DNA of 64,000 nt from Perna viridis (taxonomy: Eukaryota), in assembly GCA_037379345.1 (NCBI GenBank), contig CM074516.1, positions 47,467,626-47,531,625 of the forward strand, given 5' to 3'. Below, one piece after another: positions 24,603 through 38,253 of this stretch. A program made the position numbers and the translations under genes. How positions within the stretch are numbered: the stretch's first letter is position 1; each line of letters opens with the position of its first letter. The notes beneath the pieces were generated by a model that saw only the letters and a list, made by a program, of their open reading frames with translations, searched no databases and was not told the origin of the DNA.

Positions 24603-27600
24603 TCACCGTCCAAATCTTTGCTGTGTATCTCCAAAAGAGTGTAATAATGTTACAAAAACTGTGTATGATAGAGCACAATGTGTTGGATGGGACCTGAAAT
24701 ATAAATACAACCATGATTCAGCTAAATGCGATTCAAATCAAATGTCAATATTATAGTTAACATAGGATATATATATCTTATAAATGACATACTTAATACA
24801 TGTGTACTTGATTCATGATAAATCTGAAATAATTTTATTTTGACTGTGATGAAGACACTAACATATGAATTGGCAGCTTTCAGCATGTTGTTCAGTAGTA
24901 CTCTTAAACTAAACACAACTATTTCCAATCAGTGGACGCAGTCGGGTGTAAGGCCAATTTACAGTCTATTTAAAAGTACATGTATGTGTATGTATTGCAT
25001 GTCTCAATGGTGAATGTAATTGTTTTAACCATCAATGCCATAGTAACTTTAATTAGTATACACAGACTTGCTTACTAAAGAAGATCTTTCTACAATAGAT
25101 GATATCTATTGCTTTTTTCTTAATTAAGTCACTTTGCATACATGACCTCTAATCAACAAGTGCAGATCAAAGGAATTTCGTATTAACTATGATGCAGAGA
25201 TTATCAGTAAGACTTGATTAAAGACAAAATAGGTACCAAAAATCTATACATAATTTATAATGTGTACTATACAAAAAAAGGTTTGTGTTGGAACAAGAAA
25301 TGGAAACTATGTTTATTAGAACTTGTCATGCTATGCAATGTAATGTTAATGGAGGTGTTTTCAGTTCCAGACAATTTTGATTTTGACAAATATCAGTTGT
25401 ACACCATAAATTGAAGTATCAAAAGTTACTGTAAAAGAAAATCTCACCCTGTCACTTATAAAAAGTCCTTACAAGTTGTTGTATGTGACCTATTTTGCAG
25501 TGATCTAGGATTTGATTTTCCCGTCAACCAGGGCAACCGCAATTTTGGCAAGGAAATGTTGTTCATTATACTCCATTTGACCTTTGGCCAGTAGTAAGCT
25601 AGAATTTTACAAAGGATTTAAGTTTGGACAGCAATCTTCAAGAGTTTTCTGGTGGAAACCTAGAATTTCAAGATATCCTAGAACACTGCCCTATTATAAA
25701 TCCATGTTTGGTTTAATACTTACAATATTTCTGTCAACCTTATTTGCCAGGGTAAAAATCCCAATAAAGAATCGACCAATCCAAACTTAATGACTAGATC
25801 TGGGTCAGGAAATTTATTTTTTCCTGTAAAAAATACATAGCATGCAGTTACTATTATACTTAAATCAACAACAAAGAACACTTAAAATAAATAATACATG
25901 TAGATACCATTTTTTTTATATAGTTTTTCAACTTTTGTCAGAAAATACTGATAATAATGCAACATTTGTGGTAACACCTACTATCAATGTATAGTATTGT
26001 AAATTTTAGGATATCAATATTAGGATGATCTGCCTCAAACTTTCTACATATATGCAGACCTTACTTTAACATTTTTTAATTGCGATTTTCACGAAATCAT
26101 CGGACAGTTGCATTAAAAATAATTGTATAGCCATAAACACATTATAAAAAATGTTTTCGGTGTAATATTTTAATATTTAACAAGAGGCTCCCAGGAGTCT
26201 GAATTGCTCACCTTGTTAAATTTTTTGCTTTCCAAGGACAATAAGTCTAGCAAGAAATTGTCTGACAATTTTGACTCCATGAAGACTAGGGTAGGACTTA
26301 TCATGAGGATCATTTCATCAATCGAAAGTTTCATTCTATCTATTATAATTTTCAAGATATTGACTGAAAACTGCAAAAAAACGTAATTTTTTGCCTTTCA
26401 AGGGCAATAACTCTTATATGGAGTTGTGTGACAACTTTGATCACTGGGGACTTTTGTAGTCCTTATAATAAGAATCATTTCAGCAATTGAAAGTTTCATT
26501 TTTATCTATCATAGTTTTCAAGATAGGCTGAAAACTGTAAAAAAAAAGTCATTTTTCACCTCTCAAGGGCAATAATCCTTACATGGAGTCGTCTGACAAC
26601 TTTGATCCCTGAAGACTTTTGTAAGCCTAATAATAAGGATATTTCAGCAATTAAAGATATTGGCCAAACCTAACCGTTTTGGAGATATATGCAAAAATCT
26701 GCTGCCTGACCCCTATGTTCTATTTTTAGTAACGGCGGCCATGGTTTTTTCACCCATCAAAAATCAAAGCCATCATTTTGTGCAGGATACTCTAAGGTAC
26801 AGTCATTATAAGTTTCATGCAAATCTATTCAATAGTTTCAGAGGAGAAGATGTTTGAAGAAAAACGACGACAAAGGACGAAGACAACAGACTCCAAGTGA
26901 TGGCAATAGCTCACAAGGCCTACTGCCAGGTGAGCTAAAAATATCCGAAAATCATAATTATAATTGAGCTTTAAAAATAAATTTCTAGTGTTGAACTTCA
27001 ATTTTTTCTACTTTTCTTCCAGATTTGCCTAGGTCATTAATAAAATGAAAACACCTACCAACTTATCCTGATTTTAACAATTATGTAACTAAAAACTTAA
27101 TAAGATCCAAATTAAAATAGCTCATAATTACAATGGACAATGATGAAAATAATTATATTTGTGATTTAACTCATTATTACCAAAATCAATCTCTGTCTAA
27201 GTATTGAAGTATGAATATTGTGTCACAATTTCATAAAGACAAGCACAGGTTATTAAGGGGTGAACCACGTGGAACCACCCCTCCCAGCCACCATGAAAAA
27301 AAATGGAGAAGAAATAATTTTACGCGAAATCTTGATTTTCACACAAATTCCATCCTCCAATTTTTTTTCTTTTTCTCATTTTGCTCAATTTTTAAGTTCT
27401 ATTTCCAACCACTCCAACCAACCGAAACCTGAAATCTTGGATTCAGCCCTCAGAGATCCATACACTTAACCTTATGTAATTGTGTGGAAACTGGAAAAAA
27501 GGTTTGTTCCCCATTGGCCCCCATTTAAGATTGATGAAAGTCACTATCTCAAAATCAATCGAATTCCACTGAATTAAATCAAGTCTCACAATTTCATAGA

Positions 27601-30600
27601 GATCCATACACTTTTACTCAAGAACATGAAATGGTGTTGAAACCAGAAATTTTTTTTTTTTTTTATTATTTACTGCTATGTTCAATGAGTGGGAGATATC
27701 ATGTAGAAATATTACTTTGTATTTTTATGAAGTAATAATGCAATCTTTTGAAATTTTAATTTTGCATTTGTTAATTGATAATTATTATTGATAAACATTA
27801 ATAGAACACTTTGAAAGTATTGATTGTTGTAATTTGATTTGAGTGGCAGACTTGTAAAAACATTCTGGTGATGCTTTTAGTTTCTGATAGTTTTAATAAT
27901 TGAACAAATTTTCTAGAAATAAAAGAAACTAATTACAGGTCCCAAGATAATGTGTATATGAGAATTGTAAAGTAGAAGCCCTTAATCAGGGCTGGAAAAA
28001 TTGTCAGTAATAATTATATAAGTTACAAAACATTGTCCAAACGATGACGAGACGGCGTCTCAGCCGGTTGTTTTTGACTGTTAACTCTGAGAAACTTCTT
28101 ATTTAAAGTATGTTTCAGTACATTTCAAATACAACCTACATATATCTTTATTTCAGTTAGAAGTTTGTTAAACAGTTTTGAACTTTCAATGATCCCGACC
28201 GATGTTTACTCCTGAATAAAAATAATCCCTTGACAAACTTCGCACATATATAGTTGTCTATTTTTAGAAATTTAAATGAACACATTGTTTACAATGTCTC
28301 CGATGCGTGTCTGGTCATCACATGGGCTGCAATTAATTTTAATTACTCAATACACAACAGTCATGAAGTACATGTATGTATCAATGATAAACATCTTTTT
28401 TTACGATTTTCATGTTATATTTGTCAATCTTTAATACCACGTGCTAATCGTCTCAATCGTCTCAATCGCAGTTTTACTGTACTGACGTCTTGAATTAAAG
28501 CTGGATAAATCAACTAGTATCGATTTCGGTGATTTGATAAAGAACTTTCACATGTCCTTCAAACTCCCTAGTTGTGATTTTCTGGGGTCCCAAATCAATT
28601 TTTGGAGATCAGTGACCATGGAGCTCGGATACTAAAGTCCATATTGTCCATGAAGATCAATGAGACTGACACCGTGTTTCACCGACTAACATGGATTTAA
28701 AACTACGACTTGAGAGTTAGAGAAACACAAGTCGCTGAGTGTAGTGAACTTAAGGACTTTGAACTCTCAGACAAGGTTTACCTTGTAAAATGCTGTCAAT
28801 ATTTTGAGGTGTGATGTCTTCTAACCTATGCTGGTTGTTAACAACATCTTGTGATAAATTCTGTGCTAATTTAACCAACTCTTGTCGACCATCCTCTGGT
28901 GATAAAAGCTGTAAATCTATTTTATTGCAATACCCTACAAAATACATCTTTAATATTAACTCCTGGTATATGTTGCTGTAATAAACTCTGGAATTTACAT
29001 ATAGTAATCTAATATATTTATAGTTATTATAAATGAAGTTAAATTATTGATTATAAGATTATTAAAATCCTTTACATCAAATATAAAAATATAAACCAGC
29101 CTTTATTACTCTGATCAATACAATAACAGAAATAAAAGTTAAAAAAAATAGATATATATGATGATACTACTAGTAAGGTACAGTGTTCTTAGGTACATAC
29201 AATGCAAATGTGAATAGAATATGTTATTCAACATCAAAAATATACTTACAAGAATAGAACAAAATCATTTAATCTATTGCTAACATGGTACAAGGGTAGG
29301 TACATGTATAATTATTTACTAAATCAATATTCTGATATCAATCGCTAAGTCATTTTTTCAACTTGTCCAAAAAACTGTAAATTATGTTCTAACCAAATTA
29401 TCATATGAATATTAAAAATGGCTATGGAGAAAAATGTATATACATCTTTATAACCAGCTGATTATACCATTTTAAGAATATTTTGGGTAGGATACATGTA
29501 GACTACATATATAATTATTTCATTTTTTTAGGGTCATTTCCTGACCAGGTGTTTTGAACTTTCTGGTCCACCCTGTACAATAAATAAGTGGGAACTGTAA
29601 TATCACTGCAGCAGGTTCCATAACAATATTCTACAACACATTATTTTACCATTTTGTACACCAGAACTCGGCAAGCTACTGGAATGTAAGCATATACTGT
29701 ATTTACTACTATCTTCATTTAAAATATCTTTCTGTCTTTTGGATACTCTATCTCTCAACAAAGCATGGTTTCTTTTAAATTCACCTGAAACAGAGAAAAC
29801 ACTGATGTAATTTATCACTGCTAATACTATGAACCATTTATAATACCAAAACAGACAACTTGAGTTGGTTTGATAAAATATATGATGATAAGAGATTAGG
29901 CAGACCTTATCTTCAAGAAATTAGTACATGTAGTTTCACATAGATTTTTGGTCCAGATACATTTAGGAATTTAACTTCATGAATAAGTTCTATTGCATCA
30001 AAGTTTTCAATTGCATTTTTTGTTTGTTTTATGAGCAGTTATACAAATACAGAACAAATACATAAATTAAATCCATAATGGACCCTCAGAGGTTAAAATC
30101 ATACACAATGATTGCATAGATTGTTAACATATAAAATAAGGTATAGTATAAAGTGGTATTTTTCTGTGAGGATGGGTGAACACTACAACACACCAATCGA
30201 CTGTGTGACAAGGGAGATAATAAGTAAAATATTAACTCCTTTGGTCTCCCTAACCACTTCTTATGTTTCCATTACTTTACATGTTAAAAAAGTAATTTTC
30301 ACTGTTTCTGTGAATTTTCAAGACAAATGTGTAAAATGATATCTTAAAGTTGCATACCATTGCGAAGCTTGGAAAATAAGGCTTTTGAAGGCATTATGCT
30401 AATGGTACTATGACTGAGGAATTTTTCACAAAATTGACTTAATAATAAATAATACTGAAAATCACCATTTTACCTCTTCTGCTCAGTGACAGCTTGGAAG
30501 CAAATTACTCACACATGTAAGCTATTTTTATACAATTTTGGGGTAGATTACACATATGATTTAAAACATAATTCTCAGCTTTATTTTAATAATTATCATC

Positions 30601-33600
30601 AAGATGCACAGAGATTATACACTTACAATGCATAGACCTAGGTTCAGTGTGTTTTTTGTACTACATTTTGTATATTGAGAAGTGGCCATATGACCCATCT
30701 CTCCCATTTAAAACCAACTTTCCTTGGGCTTTATAATGAATGATTTCTAATAATATAACAAGCATTCTGACAGTATTGCTGATGCAATACAGTGTCCCCT
30801 TTCGGCCTTTGAACTCATTGCCTTTAAGAGATTTTTTTTATATATGTGAACTAACAATGGATGGTGTTATTTTTTAACAATCAAGAGAAAATAACTCTTG
30901 AACAGCAAAAGCAAATTCCATCAAAATCAAACCTGAGCTTCATTTTACAGTAGATAATAACATTTTTGCATTACAGAAAGCTGCATAAAGACATTCTCTT
31001 TCTATCACCTGGAAAGTTGAAAAAAACTTCGTTATTATGAATTAAAGGGCAAATAACTCTAGAATGACAGCAGCAATTTGCATCAAAATGATGAAACAAA
31101 ATATTATGTAATTTTCTGTATCAAAGGGCCATAAGTTCCATATAAACCATTTTGCCGCAATAATATTTAAATTTAATTTGTAACTTGTCATGATAAGACT
31201 AGCTAACAAAAATGAAATCAATTGAATGAGGCATTACAAAGAAAAGTCCAGAAAACATAAAATTTTATGAAATTTTCTATGTCCAAGGGACACAACTTCT
31301 GTAAAAATCATTCAACTGTAACATCATTCAAACTTAACTTGTAACTTGTCATGATAAGACTACATACCATATATGAAAGCAATTGGATGAGGCATTACAA
31401 AAAAAAGTCCAGAAAACATGAAATTTCATGAAATTTTCTATGTCCAAGGACCATAACTTCCGAAAAAAATCATTCAACCGTAAGGTCATTCAAACTTAAC
31501 TTGTAACTTGTCATGATAAGACTATATCCCAAATATGAAATCAATTGGATGAAGCATTACAAAAAAAGTCCGAAAAACATAAAATTTCATGAAATTTTCT
31601 ATGTCCAAGGGCCGTAACATCTGTAAAAATCGTTCAACCATAATGTCATTTGAACTTAATTTGTAACTTGTCATGATAAGACTATATACAAAATATGAAA
31701 TCAACTGGATGAGGCATTACAAAAAAAAGTCTGGAAAACATAAAATTTCATAAAATTTTCTAGGTCCAAGGGCCATAACTTCTGTAAAAATCGTTCAACC
31801 GTAACGTCATTTGTACTCAACTTGTAACTTGTCATGATAAAAGACTATATACCAAATATGAAATCAATTGGATGAGGCATTACAAAAAAAAGTCCGGAAA
31901 ACCAAGTGCGACTGAGGGACTGAAAGACTGACTGACAGACTGACGGATGGACGGAGTGCAAACCTAAGTCCCCATCGGCATTTGCCGAAAGGGGACAATA
32001 AGTAACATGAATTTGATTTTGACAAAATCCTTACATAACTTTACATAACTGTACCGTACAATACACATTTCTAAATATTTAAAAAAAAAAACTAATTTCA
32101 ATATGTTAAAAAAAAAACTGAATAGAAGTTATCCTACAGACAACATAGTGCATATAGAGACACAAGAGGTACTTGATATGGCCCACAAAGCACCAGTCAA
32201 TTGTCTTCTTTTACATTTACAGGTATTCAAATTTCCAGTGTGATGCATGCTTTGAATTTGGTAATTGAGGGAGTTCAATTCATCTGAAGCCATTTGGAAA
32301 TAACAAATCCACATGCCTACATAGATAATTCCTTATTTTTCAATTGTTACATGTAAAATCTTCAAATAGTAAAGTGAATATTTTCAATGTCAAGGATAAA
32401 CTCTCAAAGGAAAATCAAGGTACCAGGATTTGAACAGCAATCAAAAAGAGCATAACCCAGGGATATCAACTAGGCAAAAAACATTGACACACAAAGTGAA
32501 CACGAAAAGGGGACAAAAGCCAAGCCGTCAACTATAGACCAGTTTTGCTAACATCCATTTACTGTAAGAAAATGGAATGTGAAATGTACAGACATATAGA
32601 TCATCTCAAGCTGTCAAATGTAGACCAGTTTCACTAACATCCATTAACTGTAAGATAATGGAACGTGTAGTGGACAGACATACAGATCATCTCAAGCCGT
32701 CAAATGTAGACCAGTTTCGCTAACATCCATTTACTGTGTGATATTGGAATGTGTAGTGTCTGACAACACAATTAGTTAACACTATTGAAGCAGTAGCCAG
32801 GGAATTTGACTACTGAGGGCAAATGGATATGCTTATTCTAGGCTTCTCAAAATGGTTTGATATGGTACCAGACCAGTGCCTATTTCAAAACATGTCACAC
32901 TACCACATTACAGGAAACACACTTCACTGGATATCAGAATGGCTCACAAAAAGACAATGACAGGTTTACGTGGATGGAGAAAATAGCAGGAATAATCCAG
33001 TAAGACTGGTAGTTCAACACACAGGCACTTGGGACCAGGATTTTTTTTAATCTAAAAAAAAACATCATGAAATCATTTTGTTTCCATATTTGAACCTGGG
33101 AGCAGAACTACAAATGTATCAAAAGACCTAAGTTGAGAGCCTCATATCAACAAAACAGTTTCAACAGCAAGATCCTTGGACTCCTGAAAACAGCTACAAA
33201 TGCCTCCATGACATTAAGGAAAAGGCATACCTGACAATTGTACGTTCACACCTAGAATTCACCTCAGAAGTATGGGACCCATACAGAAAACAATACATCA
33301 ACACAATTGAAATGGTTTAGAGATATCCAATGCTAGATTTGTAACATTAACATACAGTCGAGAATCAGGGACACTAACATCTTAACCAACCTAGGCTACC
33401 CTTCTCTATCATCAAGATGAAAAAACAGTAGACTTAATATCTTTTACAAAGCCACACATGATAATACAGCCATTAATACATGTATTCCATCCTACAGATA
33501 CCAGTGCATGTATGTCAGACAACAGTCTATATCTATAAGACAATACCATCTGAAATATTCTCCTAAATCAGTACTTCTACAGAAGCATACAAGTTCAGTT

Positions 33601-35885
33601 TTCTACCACATGGCATCCCTGATTGGAACAAGTTTACTCTAAAAGAATACTAGGTCATCTCCCCAGAGAGCTGCAAGGAGACCATACAGAGACTGCAGCT
33701 ATAAACAGTGAACCATTTGTTTTTAAAAAATTTGTACTTGCACTTGTTAATACCTCATACCGTCCAACTTGGAAGTTCCAAGTCTCCCGAATTTGTCTGG
33801 AGCCTCCCACAAAATTGCCCCATCTCCCGCAAGGACCAGACCTCCCGCTTGAGTCCCCCAAATTCCCCTTATCACAAGAAATCTCCTGGAATTATACAGG
33901 AATCGTGCCTGATTCTTAGAAAAATCAAAATCATTCAAGAATCTCAGACTTTTCCATCCAATCAAAGTTAATTGAATATGTAAACAAATAAAATGCCTCA
34001 AGACAACAGCAGACAATGACAGGTAATTAACACAGGTGTGTTTTTTTTAGTAATTAAAGCAAATTGGGTGAATTGTTTTTAGAATAAAATGTTTAATCAT
34101 TCATTGGAGAATATGTTAGCAAGACGGAATCGTTCTGTGTCAGGACCTGCTACCTCCAAAGATGAAGGTTGTTTTAAAAGGGGAAAAAAATCTTTGCAAA
34201 TACTCCAAATCTTGGGAATTATAATTTCCGTGGGATAAGGTTAGTGATAGGTTATTTTACCAAACTTGAATTCTGATTCCAATGATAAAAAAATACACAC
34301 TGAATACAGATTGGACTTGAAAAATGACACTCTTTGTGCACTACTAGCCTGTAAGATGAACCAGACATGCAACTGTTTTGAGTATAGACCCTCTTTATCA
34401 ATGACGAAAGCAGCTAAAGCAGCTACAAATGTAAATCAGATTACAATCAAAGCTTTAAATGATTACACAAATTAATAAGTTTAAATTATCTGTATTGTAT
34501 ATTTGTCACAGTATGCATTAGAATTTTTTCTGCAGTTAAAAATTCCCCCAAGAAAAATGCTGTAATGCGTAATGACCAGAATGAAAAGCTGGAGATTTTC
34601 CTTTGCGTTTCCAAAGGAAATGACAGGTATGTAATACCTTGCACCCAGGTTGACATTATGCAGTGTCTTGATTATGGAATTTACTACTGCAGATCAGCAG
34701 TATAGATGTTACGGAAGATCAACAATGTAGATGTAGATGAAGATATAACAAAGATAACAACCCAAGTAAATGAAGTAAATGACTATGAACTACCCAATCT
34801 CTACAAAAGTCATTGGTAAAAAAGCGTCCTCTGTTCCTATAGAAACTCTTGCCAAGTTGCTAATAAAAGGTAGAGGAAAACTATGACAAAGTGAATAAAT
34901 TAGTTTTAATGGTGCAGATGGATACAAAATATATCGTAACGATCCACAACTTCGTGCTGACAACCAATAACTCTTGTATTGATGAGGTTAGTGTTGTAGC
35001 AATATTACCTTGTTCCAAAAGCCTATACAATCATTTAAAAGAAGACTTTAAAATACTTAGATGCAACTTTCAGAGTTCAAAGTAACTTTACTGAAGGTAT
35101 TTAAGATGACTTTGAAGTGCTCAGAAGTCCATCAAATAAAAATAATGAGTTTTTAATATACTTTTCAGTCATGGCGAAATTCACCAGACCATTGGACATG
35201 ACAAGTACTTTTAGCCGCCGGTCCGGTAAAATTTGCACGATTTCCAGACCTCATGTCCGGTACGATTTTTTTATTAGACATGCGTCAACTGGAACTTCCA
35301 GTTTAAAGATGGCTTCCGAATCAAGGCAAATTTAAATTATTTTTTTCGGTTCAGTAGATTTTGTTAGGTTGCCGGACCAAATGTCCGACAGGTTGAATAA
35401 TGATTTCGCCACAAAATCACAAAAATTCATAACCAGTGACAGTGCATGTCAATTCATGTTGAAATTGTATGCCATGTTTATACTAGGTAGAACAGAAAAA
35501 ACGAACTCACTTTGAAAGGGAATGAGACTGTAAGGTTTGATTCAAATAACAGAATATGAGAAGTTTAATGCATGTAAAAGGGATTTGCAGTCTTGTATTA
35601 TAACTTACCATTTACATCATAAATACTAATACATGATATCCCTAACGCAAGTGACCATATCACTATATTTGCTATATCTGTGTATGATAGTCTATCTTCT
35701 AAAACAACAATTCCTAAATGTACTGGTAACTTTTTTAATTGCCTTGCATCAGTTCTGATGAAATCAACAGACGATTTTTGTTTATAAGCTAGCCCGAAGT
35801 GAATAAAATAGCTTGCAAACTGCTTAACAAAAATTCCAATTGTCAAAATACAATGCACCAATCTCAGGACTATCTGTTCAAACAT
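24603..35885 (-). CDS. NUS1: Dehydrodolichyl diphosphate synthase complex subunit NUS1 (Nogo-B receptor), 251 aa, 5 exons
   Basis: Exons 35885-35609, 29784-29650, 28934-28782, 25823-25724, 24693-24603 (756 nt, GT-AG). Motifs: [63 protein letters not shown] and the C-terminal RxG motif (QQRFGR*). Confidence 0.95.
26179..26940 (+). mobile_element. Non-autonomous Helentron/HINE-like element (family A)
   Basis: Starts AACAAGAGGCTCCCAGGAGTCTGAATTGCTCACC, carries internal tandem units and a (GAC) microsatellite, and ends GCTCAC..GCCAGGTGAGCTAAAA. The reverse complement matches 52320-53015 and 60272-60966. Confidence 0.8.
30757..32000 (+). mobile_element. HINE-like element with ~161-bp satellite array (5 units)
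   Basis: TTGTAACTTGTCATGATAA recurs at ~31178, 31339, 31501, 31661 and 31822, followed by a GACT/GACG microsatellite and a terminal hairpin GTCCCC..TCGGCA TT TGCCGA..GGGGAC. Confidence 0.8.
32520..32760. repeat. 86-bp tandem repeat, ~3 copies
   Basis: CAAGC(C/T)GTCAA..TAGACCAGTTT..CTAACATCCATT at 32521, 32607 and 32693. Confidence 0.85.
32760..33645 (+). mobile_element. Old CR1/L2-group LINE RT fragment
   Basis: Translates [39 protein letters not shown] and [26 protein letters not shown], with stops and frameshifts. Confidence 0.8.
33756..34631. mobile_element. Non-autonomous hAT DNA transposon with an 8-bp TSD
   Basis: TSD TAATACCT at 33748-33755 and 34632-34639, termini CATACC...GGTATG. 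The internal remnant [24 protein letters not shown] resembles a hAT C-terminal dimerisation region. Confidence 0.8.
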
Positions 35886-36730
35886 GATTAGACAGTGTCT
35901 TGTGTAAAATAAACGGTGCAACTCTAATAAAACATAGTAAGATTAGAAACCGGCTTCGTGTTCTCGTGTACCGGAAGTCACACGCTATACCTTCGGCTAC
36001 TTCCTGTTTCAAAATCAAAGTTCTGAGAGGCCTGCCTGTGAATAAGTGTATTTTTACACAAATAAAAGAACAGGACATAATTTCGACAAGGTTGAAATCT
36101 CATTCAATTAAAAAAGAAAAAAACGAAAACAGGAAAACCGGTTCATCGGATACAATGGACAATTATGCATGTGATCCACCCTTTTTTCATTAAGGAATTC
36201 TGCTGAAATCAGAGACCTACATTTAATTACAAGACTATGATAAAATGTACTTGGACGAAGGGACCGAGAAGTCCTTTAACCTAAAACAAAATTAAACCTC
36301 AACATGACAAACTATATTATCTTATCTTATCTTATACAGCCTGTGGATATACATGTATTTGGCAAGTGGATAACAAAGTGTTGTTGATATGATCGTTGCG
36401 GCTTGTCCGTAATGGCCAAGTCAGAGGAAGTAATTACACAAAATACATGTAAAAATGTAGAAACAGTAACAATTAAAATAACAAAACGGTGAATTAAAAA
36501 TGTATCTGATTTGCTGAACTTTCTTCCTACTCAAATCAACCCATCCACCCAAATATCTGTTCACATTCAAGATATAGTTTCAATAACTATGACAGGGTAC
36601 ATACTTTCAAGATGAAAGAATCGAAAGAGTCGTGATTTTTTTTTTAAAGATCTGATCAAATTAAGTCAAAGACACACCGTACCGTGGACTTAATAGTACA
36701 AACTATTTTGGTAATTATAAGTGACTTATG

Positions 36731-37603
36731 GTATGACAAGCCGTTGTGGAATTCATATTGATACTAAGGATGAGTGATTTCAATTGATATAAATTGATAT
36801 TTTGTTTAAAATCCCTTTGATCTTGCTATACGATAATTTTCAATCTCACGCCACACGAGTAGCACGTCGCTGAAAAATAGTCCCGAAAGGAAATTTGCAG
36901 CGCTTATAAAAATTACATATTTAGGTCAGGAAAACTTAAATATTTTTTTCAACTCGCGGGAGTTTCTCATGCCATGCATCTTGTCTCGCGACAAAGCCGC
37001 TCGACGAGATAAGAATAAGAAACTCCTTCTCGTTGAAAAAAAATATTAAATAATGTGGTAATCTTCATTTATTGATGTATCCGTGTGTGACATGTTTATT
37101 CCCACGTTAATGAATACTGTTGGTATCAAAAATGAATTATCAACACCTCAACATTTAGCCCCGTATTAACAATTAGTAATTGATCATTATAGTGGACGAT
37201 TTATTCAAACGTTAATAAGGTTTATTGACATATTGATAAATCATTTATTGGTTTCAATTATAAAACGAATTATTAATGTGTACAATAGGTGCTTAAATTG
37301 AATCTTTGTCGCAAAATTTATTTGCAAATGAAAATAAACTGGTAAATACGTTATTTTAAAATTTATTTTTAAATCATATATGCACATTTAATTAAATTAA
37401 ATGCCGTGCAAAGCAAGGCAAAAAGTATTATGGTGTGAAAATTGTGGTGAAAATTTTTTTCTTACCGATTTAAGGAGGCGTACGCCCGGTGTGCCAGTCC
37501 TTGGATCCGCGCCTGATGTTATAAAATATTTATAACACGTTAATTATCAAATATTTATCAAAATCAATAAATGGAGAATAAATTCCACAACGGCTTGCCA
37601 TAC
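36731..37603. mobile_element. MITE with 23-bp TIRs between NUS1 and EED
   Basis: GTATGACAAGCCGTTGTGGAATT ... AATTCCACAACGGCTTGCCATAC. A nested inverted pair lies at ~36940-37050. Confidence 0.75.
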
Positions 37604-37894
37604 ATGAATAACAAATTAAATTCTGGATGACAATTTCTTCTCCTCCTGTGGCGCCTGCTCATAAGCGAGGTTGGGGGAAACTCGCCTGGTGGAAACTGCT
37701 TATTGTCTTGGAGTTCTGTACCTAAATAATGCATGTACAACGTAGCTCCCCTTCGGCAGTATTATAAAACCTGAACACTCTCTTTCTATTAAGTATTTTT
37801 ATAGTGGATACTATAAAAAAAAAAAGAATTGCTAAAATGTTTCTACTGGTTATTTTTCTTTCTCTTTTTTTTCACTGGCATCCAAATAACATGA

Positions 37895-37956
<62 letters not shown>
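37895..37956. repeat. (AAT)n microsatellite, ~20 units
   Basis: Directly visible perfect run about 300 bp upstream of the EED ATG. Confidence 0.97.
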
Positions 37957-37958
<2 letters not shown>

Positions 37959-38253
37959 CACGCACAAAGAAAAAAACTGGAAGCATGGATTAGGTGCACC
38001 ATTGGGGTAAACATCCCATAAACACACGCTGTGTTGTTCATTAAATGTCAGGCCCGGAATATGACCCTGTTTCATGAGCCTAATTGTTAGAAGTCTAGAA
38101 CAGAAAAATGTCAGCGTAGTTTCGGCAAGCTTGATTGTGATGTAAAATTAAGAACGTTGTGTTCAATGTCACTTATAATATGGACTATGGTCATAAGCAT
38201 TTTCGTAAAATCACATGTTTACCACGTGATTGAACAAAGAAGGAAATTTAAAA

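Larger units (their letters stand above)
35886..38253. promoter_or_regulatory. Divergent NUS1/EED intergenic promoter region
   Basis: The two start codons are head-to-head, 2.37 kb apart. ETS-like sites (ACCGGAAGT ~35970, ACTTCCTG ~35999) lie near NUS1 and an E-box CACGTG (38223) near EED. TSSs were not determined. Confidence 0.55.

Noticed and set aside
37850-38075. ORFs with poly-Ile / poly-Tyr
   Set aside because: They are translations of the (AAT)n microsatellite.
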